Under the pieces are notes generated by a model, which was not told where the DNA came from, ran no database searches, and worked only from the letters and a program-made list of their open reading frames with translations. A program made the position numbers and the translations under genes. A stretch of 64,000 nt of DNA from NCBI RefSeq assembly GCF_006345805.1, contig NC_042999.1, forward strand, positions 12,338,001-12,402,000, given 5' to 3'. Within the stretch, counting starts at the first letter, position 1. Every line of letters starts with the position of its first letter. Positions 36,961 through 48,953 of this stretch are shown here, piece by piece. The stretch comes from Octopus sinensis (taxonomy: Eukaryota).

Positions 36961-37599
36961 TTGAACCCCTAAAGACAGGACTAAAATCAGCTGCCATGAA
37001 GACAGCAGCCAAGTGCAGGTGGCCACCCCTTTTAAAGGACTTCGATTGATCTGAATTGATCAATGACCCACCCATGTCAGGTTCTTTAGCTTCCCTTTCT
37101 ATAATGTATCCCTTGAGATCAAGATTGCCATGGGTAGACTTGTTTGGGATGGTGCATATATGGGCATGACATCCAGTTTGGAATGATCCTACAAGAAAAG
37201 GAATTTTTTCTCAATTTTCCCCACATAATTGTAGTCTATATCATTGGAGACATGCCACTCAAAAATTTCATTAAAAAATATGCATTTTAAAGAAAGTTAT
37301 GAGAAAACAAAGTCAAGGGGTACAGAAGTATGCCTCAGCAACCTTATTTCCCCCCTAAAAAATTCATTTTCATATTTCATTCACATAACCTGTATCCTCA
37401 AAAATATCTTTGGAAAATCTCAATAAAAAACGGGAACATAATGAAAACCAGTTTAGTTAGGGAATAATAATTTTCCATTTACCCTCAATATAATCATAAT
37501 GTATCAAGAACGTACCCTGGAAAAATTTCATTTAAAAAATATGCAATTTTATGGGGGAAATGGTTTTCTAATTTTCTTTTAAAGCAATGTTTTTCTTTT

Positions 37600-38276
37600 G
37601 AAGGATAGTATTCATTTCCTTATTTCATATAAGCGCCAGGAAATTTGTTGAAAGCAAAACCATAATGATGGTTTGAAGGCCACATTTTTTGGTGAAGTAT
37701 GCCATTGATTAAGGGGAAGTAAATCCTGTTGACTGTCCAACCAGGGAGATAAATGCTTCTATGAAATTAATTGTTAATTAAGACGTCGCGATGGCAGCAC
37801 GGAATCTCGGCACCCCCTTTGGTAAGTTAGTCATTATCTCGAATTTCGTCTATTTTTAACGAGATATTAATTCAAAAAATTTATTGATTAACAATTTAGT
37901 TTTGTTTTTATTCCAAATATACTGATTCAGAGCTAATCATTTGGTCCCAGACTCCAACGAAGCACCGAGCTATTAAGGATTGAAAACTTCGTAAAAAGTT
38001 TGGAACTTCTTCAAAAAACGTTCTACCAATCAATAAAAGATATATATTTTAAACATTTTCATCAATTTTTGATATAAGAACCTAGATTTTTCGACCAGAA
38101 ATATAGAGTTTGTTTTTAGTGTTTATTCTCAAGTTTCTTTAGTAATCCGATTACTTTTCTCCGCCCCTTTTTCATCTTGGAAAACAATACTTTGTTCTTG
38201 TTTAATTCATACGTTCAACAATTTAACATCCTTTTCCCATCATCTTTTTGCACACATTTATTTATTTATGGGTATT

Positions 38277-38310
<34 letters not shown>

Positions 38311-38600
38311 GCGAAGGTTAAGAATATTCACACCCGCTGTTTAGGATAAGGTTTATTGTTACACCGAAAACGGGGTGGTGTGCGTATTCTTTACCTCCGC
38401 CCCTTTTCCATTGTGTTTTGTGGTATCTGGACGAAAATGTGTGCGGTAGATATTTTCTGTCTCGTGATTCGATTTGAGGGGAAAACGACTGAGTGTTTGT
38501 CCTCTTTTAAAAGTTCTGTTGACATCACGAGGAGGGAAAAAAGTAATGGATTGACATAACGGATATCGAAGTGACTGGAATTGCATCGATTTCTATAGAT
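37600..38600 (+). promoter_or_regulatory. Probable DERA promoter / first-exon region
   Basis: Unique, relatively CpG-richer sequence around the start codon compared with the AT-rich, CpG-depleted flanks. No TSS can be defined from sequence. Confidence 0.3.
37791..37821 (+). CDS. DERA: DERA coding exon 1 (MAARNLGTPF + 1 nt)
   Basis: ATG GCA GCA CGG AAT CTC GGC ACC CCC TTT G|gtaagt. Strong donor; phase 1 joins the exon at 51628; resembles the metazoan N-terminus (M..RN.GT..D). Confidence 0.88.
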
Positions 38601-39806
38601 TTGCCTTAATTATGACTGGATTAGTTTGAAGACAAACCCAGGAAACGATGAGCCTAATACGTTTCAAAGTTTTGTTTCATTGAACATTTGTACGAATATA
38701 AAATCTATAATGTATATTCGGAGAAAACAGGATAGGTTATGACTTCCTGAACAAATTAACGATTAAATATATTATTATATATTAAATTTGATATTCTTAA
38801 ACTTCAAATTTTAAAAATAAAACAACACAGACGACTAACAAGACAAAGTCAAAATTTAGAAGATTAAAGTAACGGATAAATTATTCTTTAAAAGATTTAT
38901 AAATTTTTCATATTCTGTTTTTTATATATTAAACAGAACTTTGTAACATTGCACATGATTCTAGATGTGTGGTTAGGTGGTTAGGAGTGAGTGGAGCATC
39001 CAGTTCCTCCGTCCGTCCCATTCATAGCACCAAGTTCTGGAAACGGATGGAACACAAGAGAAGAACAGAAAATAAATGTTTATTCGAAGTAATCAGAGAT
39101 CAAAGCTTGCTGACCAAAATGTTCAATTGTTTATAACACAGTAGTAATCATTTGAATTATAGGCAACAAGGCCAGCAAGTTCGGGGTGGGGGTGAGTCGA
39201 CCCCAGTATCCAGCTGGTACTTATTTCTGTTAATGTTTACAAGTACACCGGCACGAAAAAATCGACCCTTTTTTATTTTTTTAGTTAATATTTACAACTT
39301 GACCCGAAAATGAAAATCAGAAAAAAAAAAAATAGTGCAACAGGTGTAAAAAAAGGAAATGTGTAGGAAACGAATATGAAAACAAAATGTGCGCAAAAGC
39401 AACGGGAAGATGAGGAAAGAACCTCGGAAAATTCACAAGATCCGAGTTTTTCCCTCATAACTTTTAGGAAAATGGGGTTTTTTTCCAATGAAATTTCAAA
39501 TAAATACCTTTGAAAGGGCATACATTAGGATTATAAAGAAATTTGTGGGTGAAATCTTAATGTGGGGAGATGAGTTTTGGAAAATTGCCAAGATGCGAAT
39601 TTTTCCTCGTTATATTCCGAAATCCCATTCAACTTTCTACAGATACCCTTGGGTAGTTATTACTACACCACCCACTGTTTATTTCTACCCACTTTCAATA
39701 ATTTTTAATGTTTTGGCTTCAATTTTGTTTCACTTTCAATTATTTTCACGCTTTTTTTAACCCTTCGTCGTTATTGCCATTCACTCGTTATTACTTTCTC
39801 TTTCCC

Positions 39807-39857
<51 letters not shown>

Positions 39858-39858
39858 C

Positions 39859-39890
<32 letters not shown>

Positions 39891-42697
39891 AAGAGATACA
39901 TATATTACATACATCTATATACATATATATACACACACATACATATAAAATAATAATAATAATAATAATAATTGTGTACAGTGCTCAGGTGCACTACAAC
40001 TCATCTAAAGTGTATATATAATCAGGTGTAGTTTCGACGGATTTCGGGAAGCATGAGGGCCTTAAAGGATGCAGTGTCATGGCAGTCAACAACTGACGCA
40101 GGCAGTTTATTCCATGCTTCAGCAACTCTGAGCGTGAAAAAATGTTTCCGAAAGTCATGGGAGCTGTGCTGTTTTCTGACTTTGTAGGCATGTCCACGTG
40201 TGTTAGACACATGGAGATCAAAAAGGTGTTCAGTGTTGTTGGTGAGGTGGTTGATAACCTTGTGGGTGTTTACCAAGTCCGTCGCCAGACGCCGGAGCTT
40301 CAGTGAATCCATGCCCAGGGAAACAAGGCGCTCAGAATATGGTAGGTGTCTGATGGAGGGTATGCGTTTGGTTGCACGTCTCTGGACAGATTCCAGGAGG
40401 TCAATGTTCTGAGCAAGATAGGGGTTCCAAACTGATGATTCGAATTCCAAGTGTGGTCGTACCATAGCTGTATATAGTTTTAAATAGATGGCTGGAGAGC
40501 GGCTAACAAAAGTCTTGCTGAGTGATGCCAAGACACCCTCGGCCTTCTTGACAATTTTAGAGATATGCTTTGTCCAACGCAAATCACTGCTGACAGTGAT
40601 GCCTAGGTCACGCTCGCAAGAGGATTTCTTGATATCAGTGTTGTGGAGGGAGTATGTGGACGCAGGGTTTTTTCTCCCAAAATGCATGGTGGTACACTTG
40701 TCCACAGCCAGTTTCAGTTGCCAGTCTGTGATCCATTGCTGCATTGTGTCTAGGTCTGATTGCAGGAAAGAGTTGTAGACATCAGGATCAGTCCTCTTGA
40801 TTTCAAGGTACAGCTTGATGTCGTCTGCATATTTCAATACTGTGGCATTCTTTAAATTGGCATCTATGTCATTAATGTATGCCACAAACAGGAGGGGACC
40901 AAGGACAGATCCCTGTGGTACACCCGATGACATCTCATATGGTGTAGAGTGCTGTCCTAGAACTGTGACTACCTCCTTTCGGCTGAGGATGAAGGATTTC
41001 AACCAGTTAAAAAGGTCATCCCCCACACCCATTGCAGAGAGTTTCACCATAAGCCTTTTGTGTGGCACAGAGTTGAAAGCCTTAGCAAAGTCAAGGTAGA
41101 CAACATCCACCCATGAGCCACTGTCAGTGATCTGAGTAATGTCCTCAAGGAACTCGACAAGCTGGTCACTGCAGCTGGAGTTAGTTACAACGGAAAAACT
41201 CGGATTTTGTGAATTTTCCGAAGTTTTTTCCCCACAAATTTTTTTATAATCGTAATGTGTGCCGTTTGAAAGGTATTTCTATAAAATTTCATTGAAAAAT
41301 AACCCCATTTTCCTAAAAGTTATGAAGGAAAAGCTCGGATCTTGTGAACTTTCCAAGGTCCTTTTCCCACCTTCCCATTGCTTCGCGCGCATTTGGTTTT
41401 TCCATATTCGTTTCCTAGACATATTTTTTAACACTCATTCCGGGTCAGGTTGTAAACATTAACCATTTTTTTCAGCGGACTTCTATGTTTTCGATCACAG
41501 GGATTCTGAAGATGCCAAAAACCCTGTTTTCAAAATTTTCAATTCCTCCCTCCTCAAATTTTAAAATTTTAACTTTTTTTTCAATCTACGAAATATGGAA
41601 AAAAGAAAATAATTAATTTCAAACTTTCTATGAGGAAACTCCAACATTGATTCATACACCTTCCCGCTTTTTAAAAGGGAAAATGAATGGCTTTGTGTGT
41701 TTGTGTGAGAAAATCAAGCGAAATATGTTTTACATACCTGTCCTATACATCGGTTTTGCTTTTTCGCTTTAAAGATAAACGGTCATGATAGAAGCAAACA
41801 CGATATTCAATAATATGTTTGTGTTCTTCCTTTAGAAAGAATAAAATCTTCATGGGACTTCGTTCATGTGCATCTCCCCCGCCAAAAAAGGTTTGTATAT
41901 TCGGAATCTACATGATATAAAACATATTCGTAGAAAATTTCATTAAAAATATCCATTTTTCTGATAGTTATGATCATCCAAAGTCGGTGGGGCAGGAATC
42001 TGTAGTTCTGCCTGGATTTTAAATGCATAGTGACAACAAAATTGACCACGATCGCTCCAGAGAAGATAAGTTTCCCTTTTTTTTTCATATAACAGATACT
42101 CCCGATCACTTCCAAGGACACCGTGAAAAGAAATCTGAAAAATCTCCGTCAAAACGGAGAAATTCCAACTTGTCGGTGCTTCCCAACTCCGAAGTCGGCC
42201 TCGATATGTCCGTGTGTTTGGCTTTGACCGCTTCTGACCGTTGTTGCTCTTGTACATTATTTACAAGGAAGACATCGGTGTCCTCATCGTGTTCGTTATA
42301 ATGTTTCAGCTGATGTGCTGCTCTCCAGCCTTCATCATGTGTTCTGGTGGAATTTCGAACCCAGCCCTTTATTTGACGGTCGGGTGTTAACAAGTGTTTA
42401 GAAAAACGAAGAGGTCAAAAGAAGTTGGAGCAAACGAACATGGTGGTGGTGGGGGGGGGGACTTTCGGAAAATGCAGACGATCCGATTTTTCCGTCATAA
42501 CTTTCGGGAAAATGGATATATATTGATTTTTTTTTACGGAATCCCATGTTTTTGGTTATGGAGGATCCGATTCTGAAAAAAAATAAATTCAAAAATCACA
42601 TTCTCAAAGTTTCAATTCAGTTTTGTGAGTTTTGGCTGTTGTTTCTAGCATGTGGATAGCCTGTTTGAAGGCCAAGGCCGTAGAATTGTGAGGGGAG

Positions 42698-42730
<33 letters not shown>

Positions 42731-42888
42731 CCGGAGTAAACACATAAATGTGAAACAAGGTGGAAAAAAGAGTACTCAAATACCAGTGGTAGAGTAATAT
42801 GCTTTATTTTAAGCAGCAGAAAATTCAACAAAATCTGTTACTCTGAGTTTCTCGTTGCCGTTCATCAGACAGTTTTTGCTAGAAAAAG

Positions 42889-42927
<39 letters not shown>

Positions 42928-45900
42928 TCGTTGAAAAATGGAAATTTTACAAACATTTTTTTGTAGTCTTCGTATTTTACTACGTATTTTGAAAAAAAAA
43001 AAAAATCCCTGAAAAGATGAAAGGTGGCGGGGATTGAAATTTTGAAAATGTGATTTTTGAAATTTTTTCAGAATCGGATCCTCCATAACCAATATATATA
43101 TATATATATATATCCATTTCCCCCAAAAAGTTATGACAGAAAAATCGGATCTTGTGAATTTTCCGAAAGTCCTCTCCCCACAAATTTTTTTGTCATATTC
43201 GTTTTCTACATACTTGTTAACACCAAGCAGGCTGTTTTTATTTGCTTTTTTTAACGGGTGAAGATTCTTATATTAACCTATTTGAGTAATGTTGCTGTGT
43301 TTACATTTTCATAACTTAGCGGGGTCATTTCGTTCGACTAAAGCCCTTAAAGGCGGTGCTCCAGTATGGCCGCAGTCAAGTGACTGAAACAAGTAAAGGA
43401 GTAACTCCACAGTGTCACCTTTCTTCTTCTTGATGAGCATCCATCGGCCTTCTATAATCTGAGTTTGAATGTTGTTATTTGGATTTTAAAAAATTGAGTG
43501 AATCGTTGATCCACATAAAAAGACTCCCATCAAATATCAAACGGGTTTCATGAAATTTTGCTATATTACTCGGCATAACTACAGATTTCTGCCCCCACCC
43601 GACTTTGGATGATCGTAACTTTCAAAAAAATGGATATTTTTTAATGAAATTGTCTACGAATATGTTATATCATGTAGATTCCGAATGTGGCTGTGTGGTA
43701 AGTAGCTTGTTTACCAACCACATGGTTCCGGGTTCAGTCCCACTGCGTGACACCTTGGGCAAGTGTCTTCTACTATAGCCTTGGGCCAACCAAAGCCTTG
43801 TGAGTGAATTTGGTAGACGGAAACTGAAAGAAGCCCGTCGTATATATGTATATATATATGATGATGATGATGATATGTGTGTATGTGTTTGTGTGTCTGT
43901 GTTTGTCACCCTAGCATTGCTTGACAACCGATGCCGGTGTGTTTATGTCCCTGTTACTTAGCGGTTTGGCAAAAGAGACCGATAGAATAAGTACTGGGCT
44001 TACAAAGAATAAGTCCTGGGGACGAGTTGCTCGATTAAAGGTGGTGCTCCAGCATGGCCGCAGTCAAATGACTGAAACAAGTAAAAGAGTATACAAAATG
44101 TTGGGGGGGGGAAGTGTCTTAGGAGGGAGTCGGATGGGGAATTTCAGAAAATTCAACAGAGTCCACTTCAATTCGTCTTAACTTCCAACAAAATGGATAT
44201 TTTTTAATGAAATTCTCTACAAATATACCTCGGACTATGTAGATTCCATGGACACAGGAATTTTGGGGAAAAACAATTGGGGGTTATTTCTGAGAACCGT
44301 TCCCCACTCGCAGGTGTTTCTGAACAAGTCTATACAAAATTAGGCCGTATCCTAATATGCCACATATTTTATGCACTTTAGAAATAACTCCTGATGGACA
44401 AGGGACTTTCACAGTCTTCATATTCTTAACTGCTGCCAAGAAGAATGGTTGAACCCTCACTTATGTTCACATTAGGACAGCTCTCTTACATTTCATATTT
44501 GCAAGCTGTTCATTTTCACTTTTAGATAGCAGGATGGGGTGATGAGGTATGGGGTATGAATCAGTTTTGGAGTTTCCTCATAGAAAATTTGAAATTTATT
44601 ATTTTCTTTTTCCCATATTCTTAATCTTCATATTTTCCCATGTAGATTAAAAAAAAAAAATTCGAAAAAAGTTAAAATTAAAAAATTTGGGGTGAGGAGG
44701 GGGAAACGAAAATTTTGAAAACATGGGTTTGGCATATTCAGAATCTCTCATCGAAAACATAAGAATCTGCTGAAAAAATTTTGAAAAAAAAAGGGTCGAT
44801 TTTCTCATGGCAGTGTACTTGTAAACATTAACCCTAATTTCACTTTATTTGATTGACTCCAAAAGGATGAAATTCAAAGCGGGATTTGGAACTCAGAACG
44901 TAAAGACGGACAAAATGCTGTTAAACATTTTGTCCGGTAAGCTAACAATATTTAATCACAAGTACATGGTATGTAAATTTTTAACAAACACGTGCTCAGC
45001 GTTATGTTTATGATGACATCTATTGATCAACCCGTTCTGCTGTTCGTTGGCATAGTCTTACTTCTCCAGTTGCCAAGCCACAACCTGAGCAACTTGTTTG
45101 AGTTTATTGTAACTCCTGCCATTGCCTTGTATTCTTTTAAAATGGAATCACCAACCTGAACTGCCACGGTGTCTGACACCACGAGTGTGGTGTCATCAAC
45201 ATCAGCCAACACAGCTCTCCTGCATCCCAGTTCAAAGAGGATGCCTTACAACTGTCCTAGCCCCTGCAGCAAATGCCAGAATGTATAGAAGAGACAAGGA
45301 CAGCTCTGATGGATCGAGCTCTAGATATGAAATGCTTTTGAGAGGTGACCATTTACTTTTACCACTGAACAAGCACCAATGTGCCAATTCTTTCTACTAA
45401 TAGGCACAAGTCCTGAAAAATTGGGGGAGGTGGTTAGTCAATTAAATCGCCCCTTCACTCAACTGGTACTTATTTTATCAACTCCAAAAAGATGAAAGAC
45501 AAAGGGACGCCATTGTAGTGAAAGATGACTTATTTGATGAGAAATATATGAATAACAGGAAATCTAAACAGTAAAGAATGTCTGAGAGTCGGGTAGAATG
45601 TTTCACAGTATTTGTTGCTCAAAACCTATCAAGGTCAACCCTGCCTTTTGTTTCTTCAGGGTCAGTAAAAATCTTCCAATCCAAAGACAGTGGGTTGGTG
45701 GAGTTGTAAGAAAGTTGGATGCCTTGAAGTATTTGTTCCAACTGTTTATGTTCTGAATTCAGCTCTCACCCTGGTCTACTCAGGTGATAGACTTTAACTG
45801 TTGACCAGTTTGTTCTGACCCTTTGACGGCTTTTAGCTGAATTTACTGTTACAAGTATGCAGGCCCTGTTTTCTTCCTTGCCTCTCCTATCAGCCTCAGA

Positions 45901-46869
45901 GGCCCTGTATCAGGTCATGAACAAGGCCTTCTCTCCAGAATCAAATTTTTCTTTAACAAAACCTAAAAAATATCCCTGTAATCAAGAAATAATGGGATAA
46001 CATTATGGGATAGCACAAACTTACCCGATGTTTGATGATAACTTTCTATTTTTTATTGTTATTATTATTATTCACTGAGAACAATAAATATTATTTAAGG
46101 TTCTAAGGGGAAATTAGGTTATATATTTTGTACATGTTTGTGTGTGTGTGTGTGAGAAAGAGAGATTGTGAGTGTTATGCAATAACACACAACCTCTGTC
46201 TTTCTCAATCTTGTAAACACACACCAAATACTTATCAGAAAATCTTCTGATAATTTTGCAAGATAAGACTCCTTAATAGAGAGTGGAGTTGGGTTAAGGA
46301 AGGGGGATTTGTGCAGAGAATAAGGCACTTATACAAGCAAATACACAGCTGTATTGTTGGTGTTTCTGTTGCTTTAACAATTTCAAAGGTCATTTCTTTT
46401 TATAGATCAGTTGTGACCTTTTGGGCTCATCTCTATAGTTTTAACCATTGACCTTTCTGGATCACAATCTGTGTATTGCTATCCTTTGATCATCTATTTG
46501 TTTGTGCGTGTATTTTTTTTTTTACTTGTTTCAGTCATTTGACAATGGCCATGCTGGAGCAATGCCTCGAAGGGTTTTATTCAAACAAATCAACCCCCAG
46601 GACTTATTTCTTGAGCCTAGTACTCATTCTTTTTTGCCAAATTGCCAAGTTACAGGGATATAAATATACCAATACTGGTTGTCAAAAGTGATGGGGGAAC
46701 AAACGCAAATACAAAGATGTGGGGAGTAGAGAGGCAGCCGACAACTGATGAAGGGTCGTTCTTTATGTTACTTGTCCTGTTTTCCATTTGTTTCTCTCGT
46801 TTACATATTCAATTTCATGTTGTTTATTGTTTATGACATCCTGTACTCATATATGCATTTATATATATA

Positions 46870-46900
<31 letters not shown>

Positions 46901-46907
46901 GTATATA

Positions 46908-46961
<54 letters not shown>

Positions 46962-47697
46962 GTAGCTGTGTGTCTTCAGCAATGTAACTACATGTGGTTC
47001 ATTGGTGATTTCTCCTCCTCCTCCTTCTTCGGACTTTTCCCTTCCTCATTTCCAATGAAGATCTCTGCTAGAAATGTTCAACTCTCTCCTTTTATTCAGT
47101 GTCAAGCTAACATACTGCTTGTGTACTTCTTTCTTTTCTTTTTTTATTTGAATTGTCTATGTATATATATACACACACAGGCTTCTTTCAGTTTCTGTGT
47201 ACCAAATCCACTCACAAGGCTTTAGTTGGCCTGAGACTATTGTGGAAGGCACTTGCCCTAGGTGCCATGCAGTGGGACTGAACCTGGAACCATGTGGTTG
47301 GGAAGCAAGCTTCTTACCACACAGCCACTCCTGCATCTATGATAATAGATTGAAAAAATTATGAACACCCTCAGCTGGTTGTTTGAACCTTATTAGATTT
47401 TCATATGAGATGTTCATATCATTTGATTACTCCTTTGATGATGAATATATATATATATCATCATCGTCACTATGATTTCAATGTCCCTTTTACCATTTTT
47501 GCATGGGTCAAACAAAATTCAAGGCAGATTTTCTACAGCCAGATGCCCTTCCTGTTGCCAACCCTCATCTATTTCCAAGTCAGCTTATATTTTCCCATGG
47601 TCAGACATTTTCACAGAAAATTGGAGATAAATGACTCTACTTGTATGATAGTAACACGAAAAGACACACTCATGTGTTACACATGCATGCATGCATG

Positions 47698-47739
<42 letters not shown>

Positions 47740-48913
47740 TGTGTGTGTGTGTGCATACGATATCATAGTTTAATGTCTGCCTGAGGATGAGTTGGACAGT
47801 TTGACTGGAGCTGGTAAGCGAGAAGCTTATGCCAAGCTCTACTGTTTACTTTGGCATGGTTTCTGTAGCTGGAGTCTTTTCTCAACCCCTTTACAGAATG
47901 TACTGGGAGCTTTTTCAACATGGCACTAGCAATATCACTAAGTAACTTGCAAGACATGACCCCTCAATTGAGGGATTGAGCATTGTGGGGAGTGGCTTTG
48001 TGCCAGGTGATGAGAGATTAGAGTGTAACAGAGAGATAGAAGCAGATGTCTTTGCAGTGGAGGAGATATATGGCTACCCCATCTGGGGAAGAAAGAGAGA
48101 GTGAAGATGGAGAAGAAGATGTGTTATGGGGATATATAATGGGCTTCTTTCAATTTTTATCTACCAAATCCATTTACAAAGTTGCAGTCACTCTGAGACT
48201 TTATTGAAAGACATTTACTCAATTTGCCATGCAGTGGGACTGAACCCAAACCATGTGGTTGGAAAGCAAACTTCTCAACCACACACCCATGCTTTTGCCT
48301 CATGTGTGTATGCATGTGTGTGTGTGTATGTGTATGTATATATATATATATATGTTTCATCATCATCATCATCGTTTAGCGTCCGTTTTCCATGCTAGCA
48401 TGGGTTGGACGGTGCAACTGGGGTCTGGGAAGCCAGAAGGCTGCACCAGGCCCAGTCTGATCTGGCAATGTTTCTACGGCTGGATGCCCTTCCTAACGCC
48501 AACCACTCCGTGAGTGTAGTGGGTGCTTTTTACGTGCCACCCGCACAGGTGCCAGACAGAGATGGCAAACGGCCACGAACGGATGGTGCTTTTTATGTGT
48601 CACCGGCATGAGAGCCAGGCGAGGCTGGCAACGGACACAAACGGATGGTGCTTTTTACGTGCCACCGGCACGAGGCCAGTCGGGGTGGCGCTGGCAACGG
48701 TTGCGAAACGGAAGGTTCTCTTACATGCCACCGGCACTGGTAACACATCTGCAATTTCCATTGATCGATTTCGATTCTGATCCTCACTTGCCTCAACAGG
48801 TCTTCACAAGTAGAGTTTTGTGTCCCAAGAAGGGAAGGTATGCATACGTAGGCTGGCTCCATCCCATGTAGAAGGCCACGGGTTATGGACTCACTTGTCC
48901 TGCCTGGTCTTCT

Positions 48914-48953
<40 letters not shown>

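Larger units (their letters stand above)
39228..44833. mobile_element. Outer Merlin-like (IS1595-type) non-autonomous composite element, 5.6 kb, splitting a family-C SINE
   Basis: ~40-bp TIRs (G)GTTAATGTTTACAAGTACAC..AAAATCGACCC. Flanks cttatttc (39220-39227) and ctaatttc (44834-44841) give a 7/8 TSD. The SINE halves on either side are contiguous in the copy at 45400-45510. Confidence 0.75.

Noticed and set aside
37631-37643. E2F-like site upstream of DERA
   Set aside because: A short motif expected by chance; TSS unknown.
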